NCBI GenBank assembly: GCA_036003365.1
Contig: DASYSL010000086.1
Location: 1,258-65,257 of the forward strand
Length of the DNA: 64,000 nucleotides
DNA from: Candidatus Eiseniibacteriota bacterium
Lineage (GTDB): Bacteria > Eisenbacteria > RBG-16-71-46 > DASYSL01
Reading direction: 5' to 3'
Numbering within the stretch: the stretch's first letter is position 1; each line of letters begins with the position of its first letter. This document shows, piece by piece, positions 43,976 through 51,672 of the stretch. A program made the position numbers and the translations under genes. Under the pieces are notes generated by a model. That model worked only from the letters and a program-made list of their open reading frames with translations. It was not told where the DNA came from and did no database searches.

Positions 43976-44692
43976 TTAGAGGGCGCTGCGTCCCGACCGC
44001 GGGGACGGCTGCGCCAGGTGGCGTCGCACGTAGAGCACGCGCTGCACCACGGTGATCCAGCTCATGATCGCCAGGAAGAGGAGGGCGAACTCCATCCACA
44101 CGCCGACGCCGAAGAGCGCCGCGCCGAGCAGGACGATCAACCGCTCCGGGCGCTCGAACCACCCCACCTTGCACTCCAGGCCCAGCCCTTCGGCCCGAGC
44201 CCGCGTGTAGGAAACCATGTACGCCCCCGCCAGCGCCAGTAGGCCCGAGAGACCCACGAGCCAGTCGTTGACGGGCTCGCTTCCGAGGTACTTGGACTCC
44301 AGGACGTTGGAGATGGTCGAGGCGGTGAGGACGGGCAGGTAGAAGTAGTAAGCGCTCACCCCCAGGAGCAGCAAGGTGTCGCTGATCCGGTCGACCGTGG
44401 AGTCGAGGAAAGCGCCGAAGCGTGTCTCCTTGCCGCGCTCGCGGGCCACCGGCCCATCCAAGGCGTCGAGCAGCGATCCGCCGATCGCCCACAGAGCCCC
44501 GATGGTGAAGCGGCCGTGCGAGATTTCGACCGCGCCGATGCCGGTGAGCACGAGTCCGGCCCAGGTGAGGACGTCGGGACTCACCCCGGTGCGCGCGAGC
44601 CCCCGGGCCACCGGCTGGAGCCAGCCGCGCACACGATCGCGACCGCCCTGCTTCCAGCGCGTCGCCGCTCCTTCGGCGGGCTCGCGACTCAC
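43976..44692 (-). CDS. CDP-alcohol phosphatidyltransferase, likely phosphatidylinositol-phosphate synthase given its MIPS neighbour. The GTG start overlaps the rsmI TGA.
   Basis: 'DALDGPVAR' D-x2-DG-x2-AR motif and TM helices. Adjacent to the inositol-1-phosphate synthase gene. Confidence 0.65.
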   Translation of the reverse strand: MSREPAEGAATRWKQGGRDRVRGWLQPVARGLARTGVSPDVLTWAGLVLTGIGAVEISHGRFTIGALWAIGGSLLDALDGPVARERGKETRFGAFLDSTVDRISDTLLLLGVSAYYFYLPVLTASTISNVLESKYLGSEPVNDWLVGLSGLLALAGAYMVSYTRARAEGLGLECKVGWFERPERLIVLLGAALFGVGVWMEFALLFLAIMSWITVVQRVLYVRRHLAQPSPRSGRSAL

Positions 44693-45501
44693 CGCTTGGG
44701 CTTCCGGCTGCGCTCGCGCTGCGAAGACGCGCCGAAGACGAACTCCGCGCGTCGCCGCGCCTCTTCGTCCTCCACGCCGCTCTCCTTCTGCGCCCGCGCG
44801 AAGGCGGTCGCGCCGGCGGTGATTTCCGTGCGCTGCGCGCCTTCTTCGCGCGCGGGGCCGATCACCAGCGTCCACTCGCCGCGCTCGCGCTCCTCATCGA
44901 GGGCGCGCGCCACCTCGGCCGGCGTGCCGCGCAGCACTTCCTCGTGCGCCTTGGTCAGCTCGCGGCAGGCGGCGAGCGGCCGCGCCGGCGCGAGCTCGGT
45001 CAGATCGGCGAGCAGCTCGCGCACGCGATGCGGCGCTTCGTAGAGCACGATCGGCTCCTTCCGTGGCAAGAGCTCGGCGAGACGGCGGCGGCGGGCGGCG
45101 GGGCGCGCCGGCAAGAAACCGCCGAAGGTGAACTGGTCGGCGGAGAAGCCCGAGATGGCGAGGGCGGCCGCGACCGCCGAGGCGCCGGGCACGGCGACCA
45201 CGGCGAAGCCGGCCTCGGCCGCCGCCGCCACCAGCCGCGCACCCGGATCGGCGACTCCGGGCGTGCCCGCATCGGTGACGAGCGCCACCTTCTCCCCGCG
45301 GCCGAGCCGGCGCAAGAGATCCGATCGGCGGCGGGCCTCGTTGTGGGCGTGGGCGCTGAATAGGGGGGCGGCGATGCCGTGGCGGGCCAGGAGCACGCGG
45401 CTATGCCGCGTGTCCTCGGCGAAGATGGCGTCGGCGCCGCGCAGCACTTCGAGGGCGCGCAACGTGATGTCGCTCAGGTTCCCGATGGGAGTCGCGACCA
45501 C
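44689..45501 (-). CDS. rsmI: 16S rRNA (cytidine1402-2'-O)-methyltransferase RsmI. Start approximate.
   Basis: 'VVATPIGNLSDITLRALEVL', 'AEDTRHSR' and 'SDAGTP'-like 'VTDAGTPGVADPG' motifs. Confidence 0.8.
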   Translation of the reverse strand: MVATPIGNLSDITLRALEVLRGADAIFAEDTRHSRVLLARHGIAAPLFSAHAHNEARRRSDLLRRLGRGEKVALVTDAGTPGVADPGARLVAAAAEAGFAVVAVPGASAVAAALAISGFSADQFTFGGFLPARPAARRRRLAELLPRKEPIVLYEAPHRVRELLADLTELAPARPLAACRELTKAHEEVLRGTPAEVARALDEERERGEWTLVIGPAREEGAQRTEITAGATAFARAQKESGVEDEEARRRAEFVFGASSQRERSRKPKR

Positions 45502-45539
45502 GTGGAAAACACCAAGACGGCTTCCTGCCGTGCTTCGGC

Positions 45540-46364
45540 TCAGGGTCGCGTTTCCTCCATCTGGGCCGCATCGCCATCGGCGTCGTGCTTGGGTAGGCGC
45601 CAGCGCGCGATGCGCTTGTCGGCCCAGGCGACGTGGCCCTGGGAGAAGCCCTTGGCCACGCATTCGGCGGGCGTGAGCCCGCTCTCGAGCAGCGCGTCGA
45701 GCAAGGGATCGATGGCGGCGTAGGGATAGCCGAGATCGGATTCGTCGCTCTGCCCCGCCCAGTACTCGAGCGTGGGCCGGCGGCGGCGCACGTCGGGCAT
45801 GAGACTCATGGACTCGGCGAGCAATTGCACCTGCGTCTTCCACAAGCCGGCCAGCGGCTTCACCGAGGCGAGCAGCTCCTGCTGGGCTTCGCCGTAGTGG
45901 AGCGCCGTGTCGGTGCGGTTCAACGCCTGCACGACCGAAGCACCGTAGTGCGAGCCCAGGTCGAGCAGCGTTCCGACGCGCGCCCAGGCCACGGCGAGGC
46001 CGCGGCGGTTGCGGTTGGCGTCGGGAAAGTTGGCGAAGTACGAATCGACCACGGGACTCATGTTGACGCGCCGCGAGGTGAGGCCGAGCGAGTTCACGAG
46101 CCCCTGCGCGAGGGATACCGAGGACGGGTCGGTGGTGCGCAGCGGCATGAGCACGGCGAGCACGTTGTCGGCGCCCAGCGCTTCCACGCACAGAGCGGCG
46201 GCGACCGCCGAGTCGAGGCCGCCCGAGAGCCCGAGGGCAATGCGCGGATGGCCGCGCGCCTCCACCTCGGCCTTGATCTCGACCACCAGGCGACGGCGCG
46301 CCTCGGCCATCTGGCCGCGCCACGTGTCGGCGGCGCCGAGCGGATCGAAGGCGACGTCGTTCAC
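45540..46364 (-). CDS. nadE: NH3-dependent NAD+ synthetase. The GTG start overlaps the ltaE TGA.
   Basis: PP-loop 'LGLSGGLDSAV'. Length about 274 aa. Confidence 0.8.
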   Translation of the reverse strand: MNDVAFDPLGAADTWRGQMAEARRRLVVEIKAEVEARGHPRIALGLSGGLDSAVAAALCVEALGADNVLAVLMPLRTTDPSSVSLAQGLVNSLGLTSRRVNMSPVVDSYFANFPDANRNRRGLAVAWARVGTLLDLGSHYGASVVQALNRTDTALHYGEAQQELLASVKPLAGLWKTQVQLLAESMSLMPDVRRRRPTLEYWAGQSDESDLGYPYAAIDPLLDALLESGLTPAECVAKGFSQGHVAWADKRIARWRLPKHDADGDAAQMEETRP

Positions 46365-47431
46365 GTGCGGACGCCGGCCGTGCTCACGGCGCTCAGGGAG
46401 AGCACGCGGCGGAGGACGTCGATGACGCGCGCCAGCTTGGCGTCGTCGACGTCGAGGTGGATGGCGAGGCGCACGATACGCGTGTCCATGCGGCCGACCA
46501 GGATGCCTTCGGCCCGCGCGCGGGCCACGGCGTGATCGGCATCGTCTTCGGGATCGGTGATGCCGACGAGCACCATGTTGGTGTCGACGCGCTCCGGCGA
46601 CACGTCGAGCCCGGGGAGGCCGGCCAACGCTTCCGCCAAACGCTTGGCGCGCGCGTGATCGTCGGCCAGGCGCTCCACGTGATGATCGAGCGCGTGCAGG
46701 CACGCGGCCGCCAGCACGCCGCCCTGGCGAATGCCGCCGCCCAGCATCTTGCGGAAGCGGCGCGCGCGGCGGATCACGTCGGCGGGCCCGGCGAGGATCG
46801 AGCCCACGGGCGCGCCCAAGCCTTTCGAGAAGCACATCTGCACGGTGTCGGCGACGGCGGCGTAGCGCGCGATGGCGATGCCGCTGGCCACCGATGCGTT
46901 CCACAGACGGGCACCGTCCAGGTGCACGCGCAGGCCCTGGGCGCGCGCCGCGGCGGCCGCCGCCTGCATCGACTCGAGCGGCACCACGGCACCGCCCGAG
47001 CGGTGGTGCGTGTTCTCGAGACAAAGCAGCGTGGGCGGCGGGAAGTGGTCGTTCTCGCCGCGCGCGACGCGCTGCGTGATGGCCGCCGGATCGAAGCGCC
47101 CGCGATCGCTTTCGATGGTGTAGGTCTGCACCCCCGAGATCGCCGACGCCGCCCCGCACTCGTAGTCATAGATGTGACAGCGCTTGTCGAGCACGATCTC
47201 GTCGCCGTGGTGGGTCTGCGAGCGGATGGCGAGCTGGTTGCCCATGGTGCCGCTCACCACGTAGAGGGCCGCTTCCTTGCCGGTGAGGGCGGCGATGCGC
47301 TCCTCCAGCCGGCGCAGCGTGGGATCGTCGCCGAAGACGTCGTCCCCCACCTCGGCCTCGGCCATGGCGCGGCGCATGGCCGGGGTGGGGCGCGTGACCG
47401 TATCGCTACGGATGTCGACGATGTCGCTCAC
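46361..47431 (-). CDS. ltaE: Low-specificity L-threonine aldolase. GTG start with AGAGGAA RBS.
   Basis: 'VDIRSDTVTRPT', 'SGTMGNQLA' and 'CFSKGLGAPVGS' (PLP-Lys) motifs. Confidence 0.8.
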   Translation of the reverse strand: MSDIVDIRSDTVTRPTPAMRRAMAEAEVGDDVFGDDPTLRRLEERIAALTGKEAALYVVSGTMGNQLAIRSQTHHGDEIVLDKRCHIYDYECGAASAISGVQTYTIESDRGRFDPAAITQRVARGENDHFPPPTLLCLENTHHRSGGAVVPLESMQAAAAAARAQGLRVHLDGARLWNASVASGIAIARYAAVADTVQMCFSKGLGAPVGSILAGPADVIRRARRFRKMLGGGIRQGGVLAAACLHALDHHVERLADDHARAKRLAEALAGLPGLDVSPERVDTNMVLVGITDPEDDADHAVARARAEGILVGRMDTRIVRLAIHLDVDDAKLARVIDVLRRVLSLSAVSTAGVRT

Positions 47432-47765
47432 GCGTTCCTCTCTGCGCAGGCCTTGCCAGGCCGCGCGAAGGTCCGTGGGGCTCGGAGGATGAGCTCCGGG
47501 TCCCGGTTGGGCGGCCGCTGGCTCCTTGTGGGAGATGCCGTCGCTGAGGCGCGGGCCGCGAGTCCTCGGGGGGCAAGGGGCGGCAGGATTCGCCGGTGGG
47601 CCTGCGTTGACCCACTCCGAGGGCGTTGATAGCCTCCGTACAGCAAACGCAAACAATGTACCGAGTGAATGACTCCCCGGCAACCCGCTCGAAGCCTCGA
47701 ACGGGCGCCTTGCACGGTCGCGGTCGGGCCGCGTAAGTCACCATCGAATCAGGAGCAAGCGCGAG

Positions 47766-48449
47766 ATGTTCCTCTACGACTGGACCTTCCTGCTCCTCAT
47801 CCCGGGACTCATCCTGGGAATTTGGGCTCAACGGCGGGTCATTTCCACCTATCGCAAGTACGCGAATGTCCCCTCCTCGAGCGGACTGACCGGCCGCGAG
47901 ATGGCGGCCCGCATCCTGCAGCACGGCGGGGTCACCGACGTCGCCATCGAGCCGACCCCGGGCCAGCTCTCCGATCACTACGACCCGGTGAAGCGCACGC
48001 TCAAGCTGTCGCAGCCGGTGTACGACTCGAACTCGATCGCGGCCCTTGGCGTGGCCGCTCACGAAGCCGGTCATGCCATCCAGCACGCCCAGCACTACTT
48101 CCCGATGAGCGTGCGCTGGGCTCTCCTGACCCCCGCCAACCTGGGCACCACCATCGCGCCCTGGCTCGTGATCGCGGGATTCTTCCTCGGGCAGGCCGGT
48201 CCCATCGTCATGGACATCGGCATCGTGCTGTTCTCGGCGGCGGTGCTCTTCCACCTCGTGACCTTGCCGGTGGAGTTCAACGCCAGCCGGCGCGCGGTGC
48301 AGGAGCTGCAGACAGCGGGGATCGTGGCGCCGAATGAAGTGGGCGCGGTGCGGGAAGTGCTGCAAGCCGCGGGCTTCACTTACGTCGCCGCGGCCGCGTC
48401 GTCGATTCTGGGTCTGATCCGTCTTCTGGTCTTGCGGCGCCAGCGCTAG
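47766..48449 (+). CDS. YugP-like membrane zinc metallopeptidase (Zn_peptidase_2 family).
   Basis: 'HEAGHAIQH' HExxH and flanking TM helices. AGGAG 10 nt upstream of the ATG. Confidence 0.8.
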   Translation: MFLYDWTFLLLIPGLILGIWAQRRVISTYRKYANVPSSSGLTGREMAARILQHGGVTDVAIEPTPGQLSDHYDPVKRTLKLSQPVYDSNSIAALGVAAHEAGHAIQHAQHYFPMSVRWALLTPANLGTTIAPWLVIAGFFLGQAGPIVMDIGIVLFSAAVLFHLVTLPVEFNASRRAVQELQTAGIVAPNEVGAVREVLQAAGFTYVAAAASSILGLIRLLVLRRQR

Positions 48450-48484
48450 AGCTCTGGGAAAAGAGAAGCCTGCCGCGGGGCCAC

Positions 48485-48593
48485 CAAGTGGTCACTTCCG
48501 ACACTCGGCCGACTTATCTGCTCTGGAACGGGCAAGTGGTCACTTTCTGAAAGCGACCCACTTCCATGCCGTGCGGCCACCGAGTGGTCACCC
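48485..48593. repeat. Three direct copies of a 13-17-bp motif (GGCCACC[A/G]AGTGGTCAC, core CAAGTGGTCAC) at about 40-50-bp spacing, in the convergent intergenic region between the metallopeptidase and HU genes.
   Basis: Copies are at 48485-48497, 48533-48545 and 48581-48593. The core holds a CCAC...GTGG inverted symmetry. Confidence 0.6.
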
Positions 48594-48646
48594 GACGTCT
48601 TCGGCCCACTTTTTCTTGGGAATCGGCGAAGCGATGGTGGCCCGCC

Positions 48647-48928
48647 TCAGGGATGCTGGGCCACCTGATCTTTCAATTCCTTCGACACCTTGAACACGGG
48701 CACGCGGCGCGGCGGTACGGGCACCGCTTCTCCCGTGCGCGGATTGCGCGCCAGGCGCGACTTGCGGTCCTTCACCTTGAAGGTGCCGAAGCCGCGGATC
48801 TCGATGTGCTGGCCGTTGGACAACGCCTTGCTCACCGCGTCGAGAAAACCGTCGACCGTGTCGGCCACGTCCTTCTTCGTGAGGCCGGTACGGTCGGCGA
48901 TCTGGTCGACGATGTCGGCCTTGGTCAT
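48647..48928 (-). CDS. HU/IHF-family nucleoid DNA-binding protein, 93 aa.
   Basis: 'MTKADIVDQIADRTGLTKKDVADTVDGFLDAVSKALSNGQHIEIRGFGTFKVKDRKSRLARNPRTGE' is the canonical HU/IHF fold sequence. Confidence 0.9.
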   Translation of the reverse strand: MTKADIVDQIADRTGLTKKDVADTVDGFLDAVSKALSNGQHIEIRGFGTFKVKDRKSRLARNPRTGEAVPVPPRRVPVFKVSKELKDQVAQHP

Positions 48929-49033
48929 GGCGCCGATCCTCCCCCAACGGACCCGACGGTCGTGCTCCAGGGCCCGCTCGCTGGCCATATTGGGGCCCGG
49001 GAAAAGTCTGTCAACAACTTTTTCGACAAGGTC

Positions 49034-49999
49034 TTAGCGAGACGACCCCGGCCGCGGCGCCGGTCCCAGCGCCTGGTCGCGCGCCGCCTGCAGCCGCCCC
49101 CATCGCCCGGCATCGGCCTGGCTCAGGAGATCCCAGAGCCGGGTGCCGCCCGCCGCCTGGTCGGACGAGAGCTCGCGGGCGAAGCGCCCATCCTTGAGCT
49201 CGGCCAGGATCTCCTCCATGCGCCGGCGCGCCTGCTCGCCGACCACGCGCGGCCCGCGCGTGAGTCCTCCATAGAGGGCGGTGCTGCTCACGCCTTGCGT
49301 GAAGCCGCGCGGCCCCTCCTTGTGCAGGAGGTCGGCCATGTACTTGATCTGATGCACGCACTCGAGATACGCCATGGCCGGCGCGTAGCCTGCGCGCACC
49401 AGCACATCGACCGCGTTGGACACGAGCTCGATCAGGCCACCCACGAGCACCACCTGCTCGCCGAAGAGATCCACGATCACTTCTTCTTCCACCGTGGTGC
49501 GCAAGAGCCGCGCGCGATGGCTGCCGATGCCGGCGGCGTAGGTCTCGGCGCGCACCCAGCCCCGTCCGGAAGGCTCCTCGGCGACGGCCAGGTACGCCGG
49601 CACGCCGCGCCCCGCCTCATACTCGGAGGCCAGCACGCTGCCGGGTGCGGTAGGCGAGACGAGGAGCACGTCGACGCCCGGCTTCCACGCGTTCTTGCCG
49701 AAGAGGATCGAATAGCCGTGGGCGAAGACGATGGCCGATCCGGAGCGGATCGCGGGCGCCAGCTGATCGCGATAGAGAGCGGGGAACGCGGGATCGGGGA
49801 CGAGGGCGGCGATGTACTCGGCGCCGGCACAGGACTCGGCGGGCAGACTCACGTCGAATCCGTCGGCGCGGGCGCGCTCGGCGCTCGCGCCGGGCCTGGC
49901 GCCGATGACCACAGACCAGCCGGAGCCGCGCAAGCATTTCGCCTGCGCGGCTCCCTGATTGCCGTACCCGATGACCGCGACGCGCGGGGCGCTGGTCAA
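49034..49999 (-). CDS. ilvC: Ketol-acid reductoisomerase (class I).
   Basis: 'VAVIGYGNQGAAQAKCLRGSG' NADPH motif, with length and C-terminal knotted domain motifs. Confidence 0.9.
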   Translation of the reverse strand: MTSAPRVAVIGYGNQGAAQAKCLRGSGWSVVIGARPGASAERARADGFDVSLPAESCAGAEYIAALVPDPAFPALYRDQLAPAIRSGSAIVFAHGYSILFGKNAWKPGVDVLLVSPTAPGSVLASEYEAGRGVPAYLAVAEEPSGRGWVRAETYAAGIGSHRARLLRTTVEEEVIVDLFGEQVVLVGGLIELVSNAVDVLVRAGYAPAMAYLECVHQIKYMADLLHKEGPRGFTQGVSSTALYGGLTRGPRVVGEQARRRMEEILAELKDGRFARELSSDQAAGGTRLWDLLSQADAGRWGRLQAARDQALGPAPRPGSSR

Positions 50000-50012
50000 G
50001 GCAGGTTCGTGT

Positions 50013-51371
50013 CTAGCGCTTCTTCTTCGCCGGCTGAGGCGGGGCCGCCGCGGCCACCGCCACCGAGTTCCAGTCGGCCGCCGTCACCTGCACGCCTTTG
50101 CTGAACAGGATCGCCCGCTTCTTGCCGTTCCACATCCAGGTCTCGACCTGGTAGTCGCCCATGGTCATGGTGCGGATCTCGTCCGGCGGCCCCAGCTCCT
50201 TGTACTTCTTGGCCACGGCCGACGTGGCGCCCGCGGCGCTGGCTTCCTTCTGCGCGAAGGCGGCTGCGTCGTCCACCTTCTGTCCTTCCTTGAGCGAGCG
50301 CGCCACCAGCGTGTGCGCCGCCGCGGCGTCGTCGACCTTGAGGTCGCGATAGGCCTGCGCCAGGAAGTTGTGGTACTCCGCCGCCACACTGTCCGCAGGA
50401 GAGGTGGCCAGCCCCTCTTGCGAGAGCTTGGCCGCACTGGCCGCGTCGCCGGCCGAGAGCGAAGCGATGGTGTAGTTGTAGAGGCCGTCCTTATCGTCGG
50501 GCTTGGCGGTGTGATAGAGGCCGAAGTTCTTCGCCGACTTGCCGAAGGCCTCCTTGGCCTCGCCGTCCTTCTTGTCGTTGGCGAGCTTGGTGGCCTGCTC
50601 GAAGTAGAGCTGGCCCAGACGCAACGCCGCGTCCGAGTCGTTGGGATTGGCGGCCAGCTTCTTCTCGTAGGTCGCGGCCGCGGCGGCGTAGTCGCCGGTC
50701 TGCGCCGCTTTCTCGCCCATCGAAACGCCGATCTGGTTCTTGGTTTCGGTCAGGCAGGGCGCGTCGGGAGCCACCTTGAGCCCGTCGTCGACGACCTGGT
50801 TCGCTTCCTCGGTCTTGCCGGCGTTGGCGAGGAAGGCCGCGAGGTTGCAGTAGCCCTTGGGATTGCTCGGATCTTCGGCCACCGCCTTGCGCATGGCATC
50901 GGCGGCGGGGATGAACGCCGAGGGATCGGGATTTCCCCCCTGCGGCGCCGAGGCCAGCGCCTCCTGATACTTCTTGATGGCGGCGTTGAAGTAGGTCACC
51001 CAGTAGTGTTCCTGGTTGGCCTTCATGCGCTCGAGCAGCTTCTTCTTCTCGTCGCCCTTGGCGGTCGCGAGCGCGATCCCCTGCGTGAACGCGTGACCCG
51101 ACTGGGTGGCATCGTCCAGCTCGGCATAGGAGACGCCGAGATAGTCGTACGCCTCGATGTCGCTGGGATCCTCGGTCAGGCACTGCGTGAGCTGGGCCAC
51201 CGCCTTGCCGTAGATCCGATGCGAGTCCTCGATGTTGCCCTTGTTGAATTCGGCTTGCGCTTGCGTGACGTACTGAATGCCGCCGGCACAATGATAATTG
51301 CGCGCTTCGGCGCGCGGCACCGCCACGGCGGCGAGCAACACGGCCGCCGCCATCCACGATTTCACCTTCAA
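50013..51371 (-). CDS. Secreted tetratricopeptide-repeat protein. Start is TTG at 51371, with an alternative ATG at 51353.
   Basis: Signal peptide 'MAAAVLLAAVAVPRAEA' and multiple TPR-like A/Y/L-rich repeats. GGGGGA RBS before the TTG. Confidence 0.65.
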   Translation of the reverse strand: MKVKSWMAAAVLLAAVAVPRAEARNYHCAGGIQYVTQAQAEFNKGNIEDSHRIYGKAVAQLTQCLTEDPSDIEAYDYLGVSYAELDDATQSGHAFTQGIALATAKGDEKKKLLERMKANQEHYWVTYFNAAIKKYQEALASAPQGGNPDPSAFIPAADAMRKAVAEDPSNPKGYCNLAAFLANAGKTEEANQVVDDGLKVAPDAPCLTETKNQIGVSMGEKAAQTGDYAAAAATYEKKLAANPNDSDAALRLGQLYFEQATKLANDKKDGEAKEAFGKSAKNFGLYHTAKPDDKDGLYNYTIASLSAGDAASAAKLSQEGLATSPADSVAAEYHNFLAQAYRDLKVDDAAAAHTLVARSLKEGQKVDDAAAFAQKEASAAGATSAVAKKYKELGPPDEIRTMTMGDYQVETWMWNGKKRAILFSKGVQVTAADWNSVAVAAAAPPQPAKKKR

Positions 51372-51672
51372 CGCTGTTTCCCCCTTTCGGTCGGGGCGAT
51401 GGCGGTTGCCCGTGCCCCCACCTTGGTACCCGCAATCGGCGTGCCGAGCGAGCGGCGCTGCCGGAAGTCTGCGCGCGTCCAAGGGCTGTTCGCGCGGCCC
51501 TCGCTGCAAGACGATGGAACTCCCGCGTTTCGGACTCTAGGCGGGGGGTGAAGAATCGGTCAAGGCCGAGCGAACACGCCGGCCGGCGGCCGCGCGCACG
51601 CTTCCCGCGTCGATCTGGGGCGACAAGGTGTGGCGCGGGCGCCCCGACCCTAACGGCCGCGCGACCCGGGGG

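Noticed and set aside
47440-47765. Specific -35/-10 promoter calls in divergent intergenic regions
   Set aside because: I cannot reliably pick sigma-factor boxes by eye in high-GC DNA. Only RBS-level evidence was used.
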